A DNA stretch of 64,000 nt from the human T2T-CHM13v2.0 reference genome, Homo sapiens. Numbering within the stretch: position 1 is the first letter of the stretch; each line of letters begins with the position of its first letter. The DNA is taken from NCBI GenBank assembly GCA_009914755.4, contig CP068257.2:14944001-15008000 (forward strand), read 5' to 3'. A program made the translations under genes and the position numbers. This document shows positions 59,641-64,000 of this stretch, piece by piece. The notes under the pieces were generated by a model, which saw only the letters and a list, made by a program, of their open reading frames with translations, had not been told where the DNA came from and did not search any database.

Positions 59641-62600
59641 TTTTTTTTAACATCACTATTGAATTTTGAGAGTGATCAATGAGGATGCTTCACTCTGGCT
59701 GGAATAAACCCAAGGATCCCCAGCCCTGTGTGAGCTCTGGGAACTGCTCACCTCACAACTCTGAGCCAATTTCTGCTTATTCTCATGGGGTTTTATCCTA
59801 TGCAGATATATCTCACAGCTAAGTCTCAAAGGGGCCTCATTAAGATTTCTGATGTTCTTTTTCTGTATGACTTCTTCCTCTTTGAAACTCAGATTTTTAT
59901 TCCAAATATGGTTGTATTCTGGGATTCCAGGTAGACATATCTTTTGGGGCCACAATTCAACCTACTATGATACCTAATGAAAAGTGTCATTTAGTATGGA
60001 CCTCTTAAATTTCACGTTACAAACTACAGAGAACTGTGACTGTGAAATTCAACTTTTCAGAAGTGACTATAATATCCTGAAATAAAGTATATCTCTGTCT
60101 TCAAATGCTTTTACTAGATTCCTTGCACACAGATTTATGTGGTGTACTATAATCATCACAAAAGAATGACACAGTACTCTCTTTCAGTATGTTTACTGTT
60201 TTTCCAGGAAGATAAATCAGGAATATACAAAAAAATCAAACCCAGTTTAAGAGAGCAAATTAATAGACATCCAAAGGCAGTAATTGAGGGGTTATAAAAT
60301 AGGTGAGTGCATAAGTTTAGAGAAGAAAGCTATCTGAGGTCTGGATTCAATTGAAAAGGTTTCATAAGTAATAGGGAGCTAGAGAAGGAGGTTGGAGAAT
60401 AAAGAATGGAATGGACCACATTCCAGGAAGTTGAAAGAGGAGATAAACCACAGTGAACTAAGGGTTGAGGTAGGCAAGTGACTGGTGATCAAGAGGAAGA
60501 GGTGGAAAATTGAGTAATTCGAGAGCAAACCATGAATTAAATGTAGAATAAGAGCTTGACTTTTATTCTACACTAAGTAAAAATCCACTGATTTTTGAAA
60601 CATGGGTTATGAGTGAGCTTATCTTTTCTAGCTTATTTTTTCTACTGTCTCTCTTCTTCCTTCTATTTTGTTCCAGGATAGTCTTTCCAAAACTCTACTC
60701 TGCACATCAAAAATTCCTTCCAATTTTTTTTTTTATTTCTTCAGCTCGTCCCTCAAACTCATTATTTTCTCCCATTTTTTCCCTCTAAACTGTTTTTCTG
60801 AAAATTATCCTAGAGCTTCTTCTGTCATTTTGATGTGCATATTTACAAACAAGTGGGCCTTACACAAAAGTACAATCACCTGCCAGACACTTTTTTGCAC
60901 TTAAACCTACAGCCTATTTAGATGTCAATTATAGTTGAATATTCCTTTGATTAATAGCTAAGGTTTCTATATTTTATACAGATTTAATCCTACTGTAATG
61001 ACATGCAAAGCAGATTTAAGTTTATATTTAGCAGGGATCTGTTGAAAATGTGAATGAAATTCTGTCTGAGCTGGAACCACGTTGTGCAGAGCCCGTGGTT
61101 CTTTGCTGGTGAGGCCCTTAACCCCTCTGGCTACAGAGTTATTTTTCTTTGGCACCCAAAGGTGGAGCAGGGACAGATGATGAAGGGGGCAGCAGTTCAA
61201 ACATGCTGTTCTATCATGTAAATATTCTCTAAGCACTAGCGCTGGACTATTACTCTCAGCAGTTTATTAGTTCATAGGAAAAATACAAGTAAATGTGGAA
61301 ATAAACATTGCAGGCAAAGTTGCTTTTAATAGTGTATCTAGTCTTAATATTCCCAATTTAGTCATTTCTGGAAATCAACACAAGTGAAGATTACAAGCTC
61401 CGTTGCTATATCTTTACAATGATTATTTCTAACACAGTGAAAACAGATTGACGGCATCATCTACAGAGTAAGCTGTGGTTAGTTGTACGTTTCCATTTCC
61501 CTTTCTGTGTCTTTTCCACTATAAATCACCTGACTGCAAATAGCCAAGTATCATAGACACGCTTTGTTTTCCAAGCCTTGTACATGTTGAGTAGAACACT
61601 TTTAAAATGTCCCACATTGTAGAGTATAGCATAGCATAAGCTTCAGGAGAAATACGACAGCATCAGTTGGTTGCAGTAGGAAAACCATCCCAGAGCCACG
61701 ATTAATAGAGAAAAGACACAGACAAAATTAAAAATTTTGTGGACTTGCTAGACAAACTTTTTCTGAAATGTCTTCTCACCTTTCAAACAACACAAAGAAA
61801 AGTATGAGTGGCCTCTGATTCTGGATAAAGAAGAAGAATATTGTAGCTAATTTACACCAAAGTCATCCACATCTCTCCAACACCCAATCCTTCCTAAAAG
61901 GTAACTAAACCTATCCAGTAACAGTAAACTTGCTCCTAGGTGGACTCATCTTCCATTTCACTCCCACAAATGTCAGGAAGGATTCTAAGGTTCTGAGGAA
62001 GAAAACTTATAACAAAAGGTAAGGGGTATTAGAGTTGCTGAGCCTAGAGAAAGGCAGAAAAAGCACAGGTATAAGAATAGCCTTAGGATGTGAAGGAGCA
62101 AGGCACTTATTCCCATGAGGATGAAAATTGTGTCTAAATTAATCTTGCCTCTGGCATGAATTTTAAAGACTCTGGTACTTTTACAAATGCGGCTGCTGCT
62201 ATTATAACTTAGCTGATGCATGTATAGAATAAAGGGTTTAGGTTAGACAGTTTAAATAATTTGCAGATTTTAGACTTTACAACGGGAGGCCAATTTGTTT
62301 CTGCGAAGGGACAGATAGGACATAGTTGATGCTTTGAGGGCCATAGTCTGTCACAAGTACAGAAATCTGACACTGGAGCTGGAAGACAGCAATAGATCAT
62401 GGGCGTAGCAGGTTTCTGCAGACCACACATTGCCAACTCCTGCTCTAAATTATTAACATTAGTTGCTAGAACTGAACCAAAACATCGTTTTGGAGAAGTG
62501 GCTGATGTGGAGGTTTATTGACAAAGGGGAAGGCTAAACTCCGACTCCCATAGCTCCTGTTAGTAAACATCTTTCTAAGAAAAAAGTTCACTTGCAATGC

Positions 62601-64000
62601 AAAGGGAGCATCAGTACATATTCCATAGGCCTCCTTCCAACTAAACTGCTGCCCGCATGCTCCACCCCATAGCAGTGTTGCAACTTGCATGGCACACAAA
62701 GATACGGAAGGTGTTTACTTAACAAAGGGAATAATTTAAGTGTCCTTTCTGAATGTTGGGGATATTGCTTCTCACAGCCAAATCAAAATATTTTCACAGT
62801 TTCAATAAAACTGAATTTTAGTAGTGACATTACATCAGTGGTTCTCAAGTAGGGTTTGATTTTGCCCAGCAAGGGACGTTTGAAAACACCTGGAGATATA
62901 ACTCCAAAATTGTCATAGCTGGGAAGGGGTTGTTACTGGCATCCACTGGGAAGAAAGCAGGAGCTAAGATGTTTAGCGGGAATGGGTGCTGCTAAGCATC
63001 CTACAATGCACAAGGCATCCCCCCACAACAAGGACTTATCCAATCCAAAATGTCAATAGTGTTGAGGTTGAGAAGCCCTCCAGTAGTACTTTAATAAATT
63101 CTTCCTTTTGCGAAAATAATTACAACATAAAACATAAATTCATTTTTGGGAGGAATCTTGAGAGCCATCACTGCACAACAGTTTTCAGAGCAAAAGCTTT
63201 CCAAATAGTTTGCAGAAGGAACTCTCATGAAAATATTTTGCATTTTGCAAATTAATACAGGAAGTAAAAGGAAGCCTAATATTTAAAGATCTGAATGCAG
63301 TATCTTTGAGAGTATGGCTTAAAATTCTTGCTTTGAAGAAAGGTGCTGGAATTCAGAGTGTTTTGTAGTTTAATTTCTCTAACCCTAGTGTTGGATATAA
63401 AATATAGATATATTTAGTTTTTCTATTATGAGCATGGTATAGGCTGGAATTATATCACGCCTGAGCAATAACTTACCAGGTTAATGCTGAGAACTGGAAC
63501 TATGGAAGAGAGAAGGCTTAAAGTACATGATAAAATAGAAGCAATGCTTTTGTAGAGTTGGAAAGAGATTAGTGGAGACTTGGAACTGCCTAAGAACCGT
63601 ATGTTTTTCTGTAGGGAAAGCGGTAGCTAAGATGTAGTTGAGGCTGGGCTGACAGAATCAGGTCAAAGTGTTCTGCTCCATTTTGATGTGTCTTAATATG
63701 GAGTTACTCAGATGAAGTTAAATCTGTGTAAGTCCTGAGTTTGGATAAAGGAAAAACACTTCAGTGAACATATGGAGTTCCCTTCAGTAATTTAGTTTAG
63801 TCACATATATTGATCAAGGTTACCCCAAATAATCAGAAGCTATTAAAACTTATCGAAGCCTCCAAATTATTTAATGACAACAGAGTTAGGAGGCAGGAAC
63901 CAACCAATAAATTCTACATTTAAAAAAATCAAACTGGTTATTTGTGGAAATAAATATGAAATTCCTGCTACTGGTTTATTTATTTATTTTAATGTAAAAA

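Noticed and set aside
59640-59960. 99-aa - strand ORF in a non-Alu segment, with a poly(T) run at 59636-59650
   Set aside because: It is adjacent to the 5' side of the old antisense L1 block. The segment is probably more diverged L1 or another old repeat. I could not classify it, and the ORF has no recognisable domain signature. Support is insufficient to report it as a feature.

Overview
This 64-kb window is AT-rich genomic DNA from a catarrhine primate, almost certainly human, not a microbial sequence. It reads like a large intron or gene-poor interval and is dominated by interspersed repeats. I recognised the repeat families by recalling their consensus sequences from memory; I could not run a repeat library, so subfamily names are approximate.

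Repeats found:
- About 16 Alu/FLAM copies, several AluY-like, most with clear poly(A) tails and target-site duplications (TSDs).
- Three L1 blocks: two old, diverged antisense ORF2-region copies, and one young L1PA 3' end with a 5' inverted segment (twin priming), a probable short 3' transduction and a 10-bp TSD.
- Solo LTRs: a THE1-type MaLR LTR with a 5-bp TSD, an LTR7 (HERV-H) LTR, an MLT1-like MaLR LTR and one unclassified ERV-type LTR.
- Non-autonomous DNA transposons: MER5A, a ~350-bp TIR element with an 8-bp TSD, and one fragment.
- MIRs, dinucleotide and tetranucleotide microsatellites, and an 80-bp tandem duplication.

The supplied six-frame ORF track is uninformative here. The long ORFs are Alu antisense read-throughs, L1 ORF2 remnants or low-complexity runs. 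I call no protein-coding gene.

The only gene-like signal is at the extreme 5' end. A CpG-island-like block (1-320) ends in strong 5' splice-donor motifs, consistent with a non-coding first exon whose promoter lies at or just upstream of the window start. A G4-prone G-rich block sits just downstream.

I find no CRISPR array, operon or defence-style system. The observations of most interest are structural: the twin-primed L1 with transduction, a doubly used Alu target site, the solo LTR7 and the candidate first exon. All boundaries were read by eye and may be off by a few bases.
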